Shown here one piece after another: positions 12,136 through 25,560 of a DNA stretch of 64,000 nt (position 1 is its first letter; each line of letters begins with the position of its first letter). Made by a program: the position numbers and the translations under genes. Origin of the DNA: the human T2T-CHM13v2.0 reference genome, Homo sapiens; assembly GCF_009914755.1 (NCBI RefSeq), contig NC_060928.1. The stretch is one strand, 5' to 3'. The notes below the pieces were generated by a model that was not told where the DNA came from, ran no database searches, and was given only the letters and a program-made list of their open reading frames with translations.

Positions 12136-15059
12136 TAATAGGCAAAATAACTTGAATGAATGGTTGGTAAAACTTCTGCAATAATTTTCTCATGTAAATA
12201 TGAGAATATTATAATAATATAAAGATATCCAAAACCATTTGCAAACCTAAAATATAATACTGTAATATTCTAGAGTATAGAGAAAGTAATATACCTAAAA
12301 AGAAGGAAACTAAATAGAGTTGCTTGGATTTTGGATCTGACAGAATCCAAAAAATAAACCAAAACTAGATAACATTCAAAAAGAAAACAAAAATATTTAG
12401 CACTAATTCAAAGAGCAAACATGGTATAACACCAAGCAAAATCCAAATTCTGGTAGGATACAATTCTTCATATGGGAGAGATTGTCTATTATTTTTTGTA
12501 TTAAAGAAACCAATAAGGTTAGAAAAAAATGTTCCTTTTGATTTCTCATATTATTTACTGGACAGATCTTTTGAATCAGTTTGAAGAGGAAACTTATGTT
12601 TTAAAAATCAAAGGGGGAATAAAATATACAGCATTTTCTCAATTCTATGGTGTTAATAAAGGCTTCACTAAATATATTGAAGAGAATGGAATAACGGAAT
12701 CAAGGGCACCTATTTTAATGTAAAATTTCACAGGTGCTGTCTTGACTTAATTTTAAAGTCATGGCTAAAACCTCTCAATTCCCCTTCCCAGCAGTTTTCT
12801 AAGCCCCCACCTCTAATCAGTTCCCTTACCAGGCTTCCAGTCTCCAGGTAACTCTATGCATACACCCAGCCACTTCTATTATTGGGCTCCCACCTTCTGG
12901 GGTCAGGTACTAGACAACTAGAGACAGCTTCTATCCCCTGGCGCTCATGAAATTATTCAAATTAGCCAATCCACAGGGAGCCTGGGAATCCCAGCTAGCT
13001 CCACTCAGCTTGCATACAGAAGCTGCTTTCTCCAAGTTGTCCCTGGTGCACCTATTCCTGGGTGCAACTGTCAGTTTCTTTTCATGTTGAGCTGCAAATA
13101 TCAAAGAGTTCTGCCTTTCATCTATCCAAGTGTGCTGTATCCTGCCATCAAAAGAATCTTTAAGTCTTATAAAACATTTAGTGTCATGAGCAGAAGGACA
13201 TGACCATAACTACTGATGATTGGATAGCTCTTGGGTAGATTGTTTTTGGTTTACTAATTAAGTCCAGACTATGGCAAAAGCAGCGTGGGATAGAACTGCT
13301 GCCTGTTGATGAGCTTGTGCTGTAGCAGCTGGTGTTTGCTGCTGTGTCTGCTGGTGGTTGCCACATCTCTTTTTACCCGAATTTTCTTGGTATCTGCATA
13401 TTCAAAATGAACAGTGCTAACTGACTAAACGCCAGTGTCCAGATACAACCTTAGATGAGGGCCCGCCTTAGAGCAATTGGAGCTATAGGCTACTTGAGCC
13501 ACACTTTCTGAGCTTGGGGTTCCTCTGTGTTTCTGCTCACAGCTTGTATTTGGCAGAGGCCAATCCCAGGGACCTAACACTTCGTTGGTGTTTGAATTTA
13601 TTATTATTGTAGGCAAAACCCTTGTTTCAGACAACCCCGTAAGAAGAAAGGTGATGATTGGGCTCCCCCAAAGGAGAGAAATGGCACCTCAGTCTTGCAA
13701 GTGTTTTTCAGGTAGGATAAAAGCCTCAGTTGTTATCTTTGCTGCTGCACACCTCGCTGCTGTTGCTAGTAAACTTTGTGCTCCTGAGACACCCCATGGA
13801 TAATGTGAATCACACCCATGGAGGCCAGTGGCCTACTGCTTAATTCAAAGCAGGCAAAGGAATTAATACTTTCTTCCTGAATCCCCCAGAACACCAGCCT
13901 AAGTGACCTAATTATGCAAACAACGTGAAATCCCAAGCAAATTTGCATGAGCACTAAGATCTCTGCATATCAACATGCTAAAGGGATAATACCTAACTGA
14001 TGGTAAGGAAACAACTGCTTTCTCTCAGAAGCAGGCAATACTAGCTCTACTGAGTATGACTCTCAATCCCTCAGAGGTGGACTGGGAGCCCTTGAAATGA
14101 GAGTGGCTGCCTTAAGAGTTTGTCCTCTTGCCACCCAGAAAGCCAGAAGGATGGACAACTGACCAGAAACTGAATTTAAACCCTGAAAGTTTAGTGGTTG
14201 TAAATAATTTTGTTCCTCCCATCTGAACAGTGCCTATGCATCTTGCCTTCCCTGGAAAATAAAATCCAAACTCATCACCCAGTCCCTTGGATATTTATAG
14301 ACATCCAACTTACACATAGGTTTAAATGAACTAGTCTTTCATGCATTCATGATCGGTAACTGGTGGATTTACCATACACCTACTTCTATAGATCACATGA
14401 CATACTGCACTTTCATCCAACTGATATCTTTCCTGGAGATGGAACATATTGGAAAATGAAAACTTCTTTCAAACTGGCATCTCCCTTGCATATAGATCAC
14501 CTCCACATGGCAAGTGGCCATGTTTCCTCAACACATAGCACATAGATCCTAAAGGACAACTCTACACCTCTACATCCTCGCCTTAGGCACACAAAGATTA
14601 CTGTCTTCTTCCACTTCATTCTTTAGTAATTTCTATTTACCTAAAGTGAGGTAAGTGAGGGACAGCTTTCCAATCGAAAGGTAATACCACAGGGCTCCCC
14701 TCTGGGACAGCCGACAAGGGTTCTCATCCCCTTTTCTTTGCCCTTCCACCACTCCCAAGCCACAAACCACATTGATGCATTCTGGGCTCTCTTGGTGTTG
14801 ATCTTCCTATTTATACAAATGTTAATCATTCTTCCTCCATCTGGACCAATGTCATTAATGTCCTGTGTTCATATATATAATATTGGGACTCCCTACCACT
14901 CTGGGATTGCTGGAACAGCCGCGAGGAGCATCTTTCTAAATCAGCAATTAAAAATCATTGATGCTAATCTACAAGCTTCCAATTCTAGTATTCTATATTT
15001 CTAAAGTACAAAATATTAGACCTGCTTAATAAAGGCCAGAGAACCTGACACAAAGGGGT

Positions 15060-15310
15060 TATGACAATAGATTGGCCCTTGAGTATTTATTAATCAAGAA
15101 GGTGTTTGTAACATCACACCAAAACAAACATAACCCACATATTTAGTATACTCTATAATTCAACTAAAATATGACTGGAAGTCCCTGCCATGATTAATCT
15201 GTTATTCTGTTTGATATGAAACAAAAGACGGCATGCTACAAGCTGGCCTTCAGAAATTCCTCATGCTTCTACTAGGTTTCTTCCTTTCTACTGCCATCAT
15301 AAAATGTTTT
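15060..15310 (+). pseudogene. Retroviral env transmembrane-subunit remnant (immunosuppressive domain and membrane anchor)
   Basis: 15060-15109 reads YDNRLALEYLL, frameshift, NQEGVC; downstream hydrophobic LQAGLQKFLMLLLGFFLSTAIIKC from 15233. Confidence 0.7.
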
Positions 15311-15409
15311 CTCCACTCTTTATGGCAACTCATGCTCTACTTTCTGGAATTCTCTTATACAATCAAGGCCACACAAATACCCCAAATAGTTGAGCTTGAA
15401 ACTGATGTC

Positions 15410-15704
<295 letters not shown>

Positions 15705-16809
15705 TCAAAAACATTAATTTTAATGTAATATTTCACAAGTGCTATTTTGACTGAGTTTTGAAGTGATAGTTAGAAACTCTCAGATCCCCTTCACAAGCAG
15801 TCTGCTAAGCCCCCATCTCTAATCACTGCCCTTATCAGACATCCACTCTCCAGGGAACTCTATGTATGCGCTGCAACCAGTCCACAGGGAGCCCAGGAAG
15901 CACAGTTAACCCGTTAACCCCACCCTTCTGGCCATGCATTAGCCACCTTGTACAGCTCCAGTTCACCATTACCCTGTCCCCGGGGAACCCACTGTGTGTC
16001 TTTGTATAGCACCCTCCTCTCCTCTGGAACTGGAAGCAACAAAGAGGCCCCCTCTTTCATCTATCCCTGTCAGAGTGTTGTGTCCTGCCATCAAAAGAAT
16101 CTTTGAATCTTATAGAACATCCATTTCATGAGACTCTTAACTTTACACTCAACTCTTATGAGAATATTAAAGTGACGTTTTATCTCATGTGTGAACTCAT
16201 CCCAGTTGTAGATATTCTCTGTGTTTTATAATAGGATGCTTTAGGCTATCACTATACTTGTGCATGGAACATGGTAACCTTTCAATACATGTGAATTTCC
16301 TCTTTACATACTTTCCTACTTTGGCTTATTTATTACAAATAGACATTTATTTCTGAAGGAGAAAAAAATGGAAAGAAAAGGAAAAAACAAACACTGGGCC
16401 ACATTAATTTGAGTTTAAAGCCACAACTTTGTGACAATGCTTTATTATTTCATATCCTGTAAGAAATTGAATTCCATAAAAGCCCAAACCTGTAAATGCA
16501 AAAAGATGTAGATGACTCAGAGAAGACACGAAAGTAAAGGAAACCTTTATTGTCTTTGTAGTATTTATCTTAACAATCTGTTCTTTTCTCACTTGTTATA
16601 ATATTCACAATCTTTCATATGTGGGACAATATGTTGATTACAAAATTAAGTATTTTTTCTTTCTTTTCAAAATTTTGGATAAAGCTATTCTTATGTAATA
16701 CAAACTATCTATCCATAACACCTTTAGTTTCCAGCATTTTACAGAAATATAACCAAATTAGCCTAGAATAGAATTTATTCATTAATCAATATTGTTTAAT
16801 TTTTAGTAC

Positions 16810-16965
16810 ACTTTAGAATTACTTGAGATTTTCAGACAAATACCTAAGACTGGGCAGCACCTTCAAAATATGATTTAGTTGAGGTGGGTCTTAAACATTG
16901 GAGTATTTAAAAAATCCCTCTCATCTACCATTCTTGCTGTGGGGGATTGTAATGTGTATCCCTGG
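16810..16965. mobile_element. Possible MER5-type hAT fragment
   Basis: tagaattacttgag...tgatttagttgaggtggg...ggggattgtaatgtgtatcc; weak similarity. Confidence 0.35.
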
Positions 16966-18813
16966 AGACCCCCTTTCCTAATGGTGCATTGGAAAGGCTT
17001 TGCCTTATAATCTATAAGGAAAAAATAGCCTTAATTTCATATACAACTTTTACTCCAATTACTAAGCATTTCCCATTCCTGGACTGAGTCACTAATACTG
17101 AATCATGTTAATAATAAACAATTAATTGGGCTGATATGGATTAAAAATAAAATGCTCCAGTTAGTTAAATCTGATTTAGCTATCACATAGTATACAACAG
17201 TCATTACATGGAATCAATATAATCTTTCTTGTGTTATAATTAGTAAGTTCAGCTTTTTATATCTGAAAAAAGAAATCATTCTATCTCCTCCCTTACCCTT
17301 TGGTATTCTCTTTGATCTTCTTTCTGTTGAATCAATAAACATTGATGAAAAAATTGGAACTGCCATATGCTTTCTGACATGATATAAAGTTAAACGACTG
17401 CAGTCTCCAAAATGTAAAAATAGGATGCCATTCTGTTTTTATTCAAAGTATTAAAATCATCAGTGCATTACCAGTACACTGAGGCCTGTAGATTATTTTG
17501 TTATACTCATTTATTATTAAATCTTAACAGACAGTAATTCTGATGATGAATTGAAGAAATTGCTGTTTAACGAAGGAAACGTAACTGCTTATGTTTGAAA
17601 TCCTGTAAGCCTGGTGTATTTGCCTACTCATAACTGTGGTATATGGAGCAGTTATGACTTTCATTTATGCAGAGCTTAGCCGAGTTATAGTATTCTTCAA
17701 CGCATCCCAGTGACAACTCGTCAGCAATCTTAATGAATTTTTTTAAGTACATTATGGGTGAAGAACTTTGTATCTTTGAAGGATTAGCCAAAAAAGGTTG
17801 CTTTAGCATTTCAAAATTTGCAATTAAATTTAATGATATTAATTTCAGAATCCCATGGTTGTCAAGTGCTCCTTTCCCCCAATCATATTTATCTCAAATA
17901 ATGAGACAGATTAATGATGTTAAAACAGTAGATCAGGTTATTAGAAGAAAAGATAGGTTTTCCAAAAAAAAAGTTGAAATACTTATTCATGTATAATTTC
18001 CACTTTATTAATGGTTCTTTTGGCAAACTTACAGTTGACTGTATATTAGCGTGTTTCTCAAATTGAATATTTTGAAATTATATAATAAATATTCCTTGTA
18101 AAACAGCATCTAAAATTATGTGATGGAAATGGAGGTTACCTCAATCCTATTTGTTTTTTTAAAGTAAGACCTTGTAATATGTATATGTAGTATAAAAAAT
18201 ATTTAGGAATTGTTAGTAGATCAATTATAATGGATACATTCACTTGTATTTTTACTTAGTCTCCAGAAGATGTCAAACAAGAAGGAAAAAACTTGGGCTC
18301 ACAAGATCTTTTCAATTGAATATCTTGAATCTACATGCAGAAAATGTTAACTAGATTGTTTGGAGTAATATTATTACTATTATATGTAAGATAGTACAGT
18401 TTTTCAACATCCCTTAAAATCATATGATAATCTTTCAGTCAACATAAGATGATTTTTTTCTGATACTGACTTTTTGAAAATATGGCACTTCCTTTGACAT
18501 GCTGAATCACAGTGTTTGGTTGAAATCGGAGGCACATTTTGCAGATGTATTTAACAGTATTAGTTATATTTTGAGCACAGCAAGCCAGTATTCCGAGGGG
18601 TTTTATATTTCTACTTTATAAGATAGAATTCATGTTTGAATTGAATTGATACCACTTGCCAAGTATGAATGCTAAATGATAATAAATGAAAGTCTTCTGA
18701 AGGTGACCTTATGTGAAAACTTAAATTTCAAAAATAGAAAGTAGGGATGAAAGTTTAATGTATTGATAAGATACTACTTGCTTCCCAAAAGGCTATATCT
18801 ATATATCCCTTAA

Positions 18814-18851
18814 ACATATATATATATACACACACACACATATATATATAT
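18814..18851. repeat. (TA)n(CA)n(TA)n microsatellite
   Basis: Direct reading. Confidence 0.9.
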
Positions 18852-18921
18852 TCTTATTTGCATTCAATTTTATAAAGCATATCCATTATAATTTTAATCA
18901 CTAAAATTCAAGATGACATTG

Positions 18922-19132
18922 ATAATAATAATTAGCATTTATTATCACCTTCATATATATGTAAAGAAATGACTAGCTGCTTTCATAGATTTATTTCAAT
19001 CAAAGATATGAGTTAGCTATTTTAGTTATAAGGAAACAGTGAATTAGAGAAATTAAGCAAATTTTCCCTGGTTAGAGATAGAACATTGCTGAGCCAACAA
19101 ACAAATATGGTTCTGTCCAAGGTCTGTGCTCT
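18922..19132 (-). mobile_element. MIR
   Basis: ataaggaaacagtgaattagagaaattaagcaaattttccctggtt core, ending gtccaaggtctgtgctct. Confidence 0.6.
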
Positions 19133-20883
19133 ACCCAGTGACATTCCTCTAATAAGCGAATGTCAGAGTCTTGTGCTCCCAAACATAAACTAATATTAAA
19201 ATATCTGGTGAAAATCTATAAAGCTTAAAACTGTGCTTCCTGCTTCAAGGAAGAGAAGAAACATTTAATTATACTTGCATGTAAGGATAAGAATGTCTTT
19301 ACCTAAGGTACATATCTTCTAACGTTAATTGTAAGAAGCATTAGAAATGTAAATTTTGCACAAACGTATTCACTTATATAAATTCTAATAAATAAAAACC
19401 ATAAAAGAATTCTGTATCAAGCGCTTCTTATTATCAGTATATTTCTGTGTATTGCCATTTTATGGGGAGGGAATCTTTTGCTTAAATCAATGCTTCATAA
19501 ACACATAACAAAACAAAAAGATGCAGCATTTAAAATGTCTTACTCTCTACCAGGACTTTTGATTTCTACAAATTTCCATCATCTGAATGCACACAATATC
19601 CTGAAAGGTATCACATAGCCCTTAAAAATAGACCACCTATTTCTTTCACACATATAAGCAAGAATTTAAAGTTAGAAAGTGACTAACTGAAATCTGTGAG
19701 TCAAAAAAGATCTATCCTTCTTGAAAAAAAGAACCTTTCCTCACATAAATTTTTTGCTGACTAATAGGCTGCCAAAAGCAATTATGTGGGATGCTGTTTC
19801 TTCTGATGCCAAGAGATTGACAGCTGATATTAAAACATTTGGTGAGAGTTTTTATAATTGAACCATATTGGAGGAAGCTGAGAAACCTTATCCTCTACCA
19901 GCTTTATAGGGAGTGGTAATTCTGCTTAATCACTTACTTATGTTTACATGGTGAGAGTTGTGCGATATGTGTGTGATATGTGTGTGTGTACGTGGGTGTG
20001 TTAGTGAGAAGCTGCAGTTTATTGGTTCATCAGATTATGCTTATTTTTCCTGACTCAATAGCTTACAAAGCAAGCTAAGATGCTTCTGTGTTCAGATACT
20101 TCTATTTCTCTCTATTCATATGTACACACAGCTCTCTTGGGCATAAAATGTGAATTGTAAGTACCAGAACTAGGAAAGATGCCTTAGTCAGTGTTCAGCA
20201 TGAACTAATGGATTAATTTAAATATATTTCAGTGGTATCTCTAGCTCTTCAGGACCTTCTCTGAGACCCATTTCTTGTACCCTACATGCTTCTGCAACAA
20301 CATAGAGAATCAGTTATTTCTATGAGCAGTTCTCCATGTTCCAGGAGGGCTCTTTTTTCCGGCTAACGAAGTCTGCATGTCAGTGGAGTCTTCAGAATTG
20401 ACTGGATTGTCACTTCAACTGTGAAAGCCATGCCGCCTTTCCTACATTAGAGAAGGGTAAACTGAAAGCATGAGCAGTATGTGGCACTCCTCCATGATCT
20501 CAGTGGCATTTTGTAACAAGTACATGTCTTGACATGAAATAAAGGATTAGGAAGGAAACGTTACCTGTAGTTCTGTGACCTATATTCTCCCTTTGCCAAC
20601 ATACCAAAACCAAAAAAAGCTGAGCACAGCAAATTCCCTTTTAAACATGCACTCCAGACCTCTTGGTAAACACTCTAATAATACTTATTAGTGAAACAGG
20701 TGAAATGGAGGCAATGGAAAAGTCTTTTCAGGAAAAGGTTTTACCAGGATATACCTGTGTAATAAACTTCAAGTTTATGAAATTGTGGGCATAGTTCACA
20801 AGAAAATGTCACATATGCTATGTAATAAGTAAGTGGGGTGCAAAAGAGAGATGCTCCACTTTTGACCTGACTTCATTCGTACC

Positions 20884-21309
20884 TGTATTAATCTGAGTTC
20901 TTGGGAGAAATAGAACCAATAGGATATGAATAAATAAGTAGATAGAGATTTATTGTAAGGAATTGGCTATTGTAGTTATGGAGGCTGAGAAGTCCCAAGA
21001 TCTGCAGTTGGCAAACTAGAGACCCAGGAGAACCCAAGTCAAGAATCAACTGATGTCCCTGTCAAAGGCAGTAAGGCAGGAGGAATTCTCTCTTACTCAC
21101 AAGAAAGTCAGCACATCTATTCTATTCAGGCCATCACATAATTGGATGAGACCTGCCCACATTAAGGAGGACCATCTTCTTTACTCAGTCTACCAGTTCA
21201 AACGGTAATCTCTTTCAGAACATCCTCCCAGAAACACCCAGAATAACGTTTGATCAAATATTTGAGCACCGCAGGGCCTCGTCAAGTTGACACATAAAAT
21301 AATATTACA
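20884..21309 (-). mobile_element. MLT2B-type solo LTR (ERVL)
   Basis: gagaaatagaaccaatagga...ttatggaggctgagaagtcccaagatctgcag...gtcaagttgacacataaaat. Confidence 0.88.
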
Positions 21310-22669
21310 ATATTCTTCAAGTGTCTTTTGCTGCCGCATGTATCACTTGCAACTGGGTAGATTAAATTTGGAAAAAAAGGCATCTTATTGTGAGTAGAAA
21401 GGAACAGGGAGCTTTGTTGATGATTTCAGATTACTACATGCTTTACCTCTGCCTTCTGGTTGCCAGTATCCAGTGCATTATTAATATAATTGAGTATGGG
21501 TTAAAATCTCTGATTCCTGAGAGTCTGACTTGGCAGTCTAACACTACATTATTTCTAAATAATTAGAAAATATTTTCAAAAGTTCATTCAACTGCACTGC
21601 ATAAAATGACTCAATTTGTCCATATTTTAATAAAATGAATTTTTAAAGAAGCATAGCAGAAAGTTCATGGCAGAGAAATACAATTAAAATGTCATTGTGA
21701 CTCCTTCCTACCCTAATTCTGCAAGTAAGTCTAAGGCTAGTCTGTATACCTGTTTCAATCATAAGAGCTTTTAAATTTCTTCCTTATTTTGCAACTGTGG
21801 GGACTGGACACCAGAGAAACTCCTACTACCTGAAAGGGTCTCTTTTGACTTAGGGCACATGACACTACTACTCACTTTCTAGACACTTTCTTATACCCTT
21901 CCTTTTCTCTAATTGTAAACTGTTCTGTCCCAGCTTTTAGAATTTTTTTTCTCTTTTAACCCTCTTCCTCAGAGGAGAGAGACAAAAAAAAATGGCTTTG
22001 CTTTTCTTTTTATTCTGAGAATGAGAGTCAAAGAAAAGAAAATAACACACATATATTTAAAGTAATCCATCAACAGACTAGAAATTCCTATGAGGTAGCA
22101 GTTTAGGATCAGAGGTGTAAAGAAAAAAAATAAAATGTAGATTTTGTGTTTTTGATAACGCTGAAGGAATAAAGGGATCTTTAGGATATCCAAGATTACA
22201 TTCCAACACTTCTTGTATTGGGTTTAAATTATACCCAACAGCATTGTTAATCTCCCAAAGACATCTAACAACTTTCTCCTACCTTAGACATTTATTTAAG
22301 ACAACAACAACAGCAGCAAAAACGTCTGACTATATTCAACGATCTTATAACTCAAACTCCTGCACAATCCCATAGCTGTGGGTTCTTCTCTCTTCAGTCA
22401 AGCAGGTTTTACACTTGATGGGCATGGGTCGCTCAAATGGAGACCAAAGGACAGAAAAAGACACAGACTTAAAAGAAGACTTTCTCCAAAAAGAAGACAA
22501 TGGGTTGTAGCAGATAGGGAAACAGGGAACTCAGTAAGAAGAAATAGACCATTGAAAAAGGTCAGAGGAAATGTGTGCATGATTTCAAACCCAACTCAAT
22601 TTAACAAATTAGAGCACGGTGTGAAAGTCTGGGGACAATGACTGTGTGTCTGTGACAGGTTGCTATCAG

Positions 22670-23000
22670 CTTAAAGGCTGATAGCACAGGTTCTGGAGAC
22701 ATGTGGCTTTCTTTTAAATTGTAGTTTAACCACCTATCAGCCGTGTAGCTTGGGCAAGTTACTTACCAGCTCTGTGCTTCAATTTCTTTATTCACATAAT
22801 GGCAGTAGTAATATTTGTTTACTACTGCTGTGACAAATATTAAACATGTCAGTATTGGTAAACCAATACGAAATATTTAAGTATTAACTGATACTATGTT
22901 ACTAATAATATATATATTAATATTTATATTAGTATTAATATATAATACTAATTAACATTAAAGCAATTCCTGGCACATTAGTGTTTGAAAACTAAATAAA
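22670..23000 (+). mobile_element. MIR with AT-rich interruption
   Basis: cttgggcaagttacttacc...ctctgtgcttcaatttc...cctggcacat. Confidence 0.7.
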
Positions 23001-23256
23001 TTAACACAAAGGAATACAGCATTTTGCTATTAATGCACCTTTGTTCTTGGTCTTCTCAACTTCTCTGCCTTTTGGCTGAGAACTACCAGAACAAGGAGGA
23101 CTTCTCTCTGTTATTACAAAGTGATTTCTGACAGTTCCTATCACCCAGATGAGGAAAGACACATGGGGAATTTGAGAATCTCCTACACAGTCAGGAAGAC
23201 AACAATAGCATCTACCTCCCAAGCAAATAGGGAGGAAAGCTTCAAACAGAATTGCT

Positions 23257-23543
23257 GGCCAGGCACAGAGGCTCACGCCTGTAATCCCAGCATGCTGGGA
23301 GGCCGAGGTGGACGGATTATTTGAGGTCAGGAGTTCAAAACCAGCCTAGCCAATATGGTGAAACCCTGTGTCTACTAAAAATACAAAAAAAAAAAAAAAA
23401 ATAGCCGGGCATGGTGGTGGGTGCCTGTAATCCCAGCTACTCGGGAGGTGGAGGTTGCAGTGAACTGAGATCACACCACTGCACTCCAGCCTGGGTGACA
23501 GAGGGAGACTCCATCTCAGAAAAAACAAACAAACAAACAAACA
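23257..23543 (+). mobile_element. AluS with right-arm internal deletion and expanded middle A tract
   Basis: cccagctactcgggaggtggaggttgcag junction; (AAAC)n tail; TSD aaacagaatt(g/c)ct. Confidence 0.95.
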
Positions 23544-24537
23544 AAACAGAATTCCTTGCACAACGCATTTCTCCCAGATCAACACTGAAAGAATCCCAAC
23601 AGGACTGAAGCACAAGCCTGTGCCAATGCTTAGAAATTTTAAAAATTACTTTAGAAGAAATAATTCCATGGAAAAACAGTTCATCTTGCTACAAAACCAA
23701 AAGGCACCTTGGAATTATTCATTTTGTCAATATTCAGGATGCCATTGCAACCTCATTTTCATGCTGATAAAACCTGCGATGTACTATGTAGACAAACAAA
23801 GGAGGTTTTATTTGAAAAATAATTCGAAGTATACCAGAATGGAAAGCAAGGAAGGTTACTGTTGAGGAAGAAACTATATATGGGTAAAACTAAAAGGGAT
23901 TTGGTCTAATGGGGGAGGCAGTTCAGCAATAAGAGGCTGCATCATCTACAAAAAGCTTAAACACAATAATGTCCATTGAAAGTTGTCCTTTTTACCATCA
24001 CAACGCACTAGCAATTCTAAACAATGTCAGTGATATAATACACCTCCCCAAAAGGCTTTTTGTCGTTCTAAATTATAAATAATTTAGACACACATGAACT
24101 GACCTGCACATATTTGCTTTGAGAATAAGCTCCTAATCATTTTGAATCAATTGGATTATTTTTGGGTGGAGCTTACGTCTCCACTTCTGTGCTAAGACAC
24201 ATTCCTATGTTTAAACATTAGATGTGAGATAAACAGTAGCATACTAATCCTAAAGAAGAAGAGACAGAACTTTAATTATTCGAATTCTGGTATTCTTGGC
24301 GCAAAAATGTCTCTGAGCCATACAGAGTTTTCTCTTTTTGGAAGCATTTCTTTATGCAACTCTCCATCCTTTTTATTTTCTCAAAATACACATTGACGTG
24401 GTTAAAATATTAATTCATTGCCTTCGTATTTTTATTTCATTTTAATTACTGGCTACACGCACATACATACACACATTTCAAGAAAAGAAAATGTCCTTTC
24501 TGCATTTCCTGTCTGGATAAAAGTATTACTATGTTTT

Positions 24538-24935
24538 TCCATGACTAGATTTCTAGGGCTACCATAACAAAATATCACAGACTGGATGGTATTTAACAAC
24601 AGAAAATAATTTTCTCAAAGTTCTAGGGGCTAGAAGTCCAAGATCAAGGTGTCAGCAGGGTTTGGTTTCTTCTGGGGCCTCTCTCCTTGGCTTGCAGATG
24701 GCTACCTTCTGTTGGCATCCTCACATGGTCTTCCTTCTGTATGTGTCTGTGTTCTAATCACCTATTATAAGAACACTATTAAGATGAAATTAGGACCAAT
24801 CTGACCTATGTGACTTCATTTTACATTAATTACCTCTTTAAAATACCTATCTTTAAATATAGTCACATTCTGAGATAAGAGGGGTTAAGACTTCAACATA
24901 TGAATTTTGGGGGGGACATGATTCAGCACATAACA
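24538..24935 (-). mobile_element. MLT1 (MLT1A/B-like) solo LTR
   Basis: gggctaccataacaaaatatcacagactgg...agaagtccaagatcaaggtgtcagcagg...gacttcaacatatgaattttgggggg. Confidence 0.88.
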
Positions 24936-25194
24936 AAGGGGGTGTTCAAAAAAAGGTCTAACCCAGTTATGAAATATGGCAGGTATGCCACCAGTAGACT
25001 AGAAAGGAAACTTTCTTCAGCTTGCTCTTTCCTCAGAAATGATTTTCCTCAAAGCCAACATTCATTCTTTTAGTCAATTTGTTCTTACTATATTGTACCA
25101 TGAGAATGCAAAATTATGTTTGTCTCAGTGGGGAGTCAGAGCAGTGGAGTTCCAGGCTACTTAAGCAGGTGAGCAATTGATCCCCCTGAGTGCA

Positions 25195-25312
25195 GGAAGT
25201 GTGATGGAGCAGCTGAGACTTTAGAGCCAGTCAGCATCTTCCTAGCTGTACAAGCTTGGGTGAACTAGATAATCCCTCTACGCCTCAGTTTCCTCACCAA
25301 CAAAATGAAAAT
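25195..25312 (+). mobile_element. MIR core fragment
   Basis: gcctcagtttcctcaccaacaaaatg. Confidence 0.65.
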
Positions 25313-25560
25313 TCGTTCATTTAGCAAATATTTAGTAACAGTAAGCTATATGCTAGGCACTGTTCTAGGGTCTTGGGATATATCAATGTACTAAATGTGG
25401 ATCCTTACTTCCTTACTCAAAAGGGATGCTAGGATGCCACTAAGCTGTAAGGCAAAAAGCAAAAGAGCAAGGTACAGGAAATGGAATGGAAGAGTGGCAA
25501 CTTGAAATAGAATGGTCAGGTAAGGCTCATCTGAAAAGTGAAATTAGCAAATGGCCTGGT
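25310..25560 (-). mobile_element. L2 3' end
   Basis: attcgttcatttagcaaatattt...ctatatgctaggcactgttctagg. Confidence 0.7.

Noticed and set aside
22905-22950. AT-only inverted repeat
   Set aside because: Low complexity; expected by chance.
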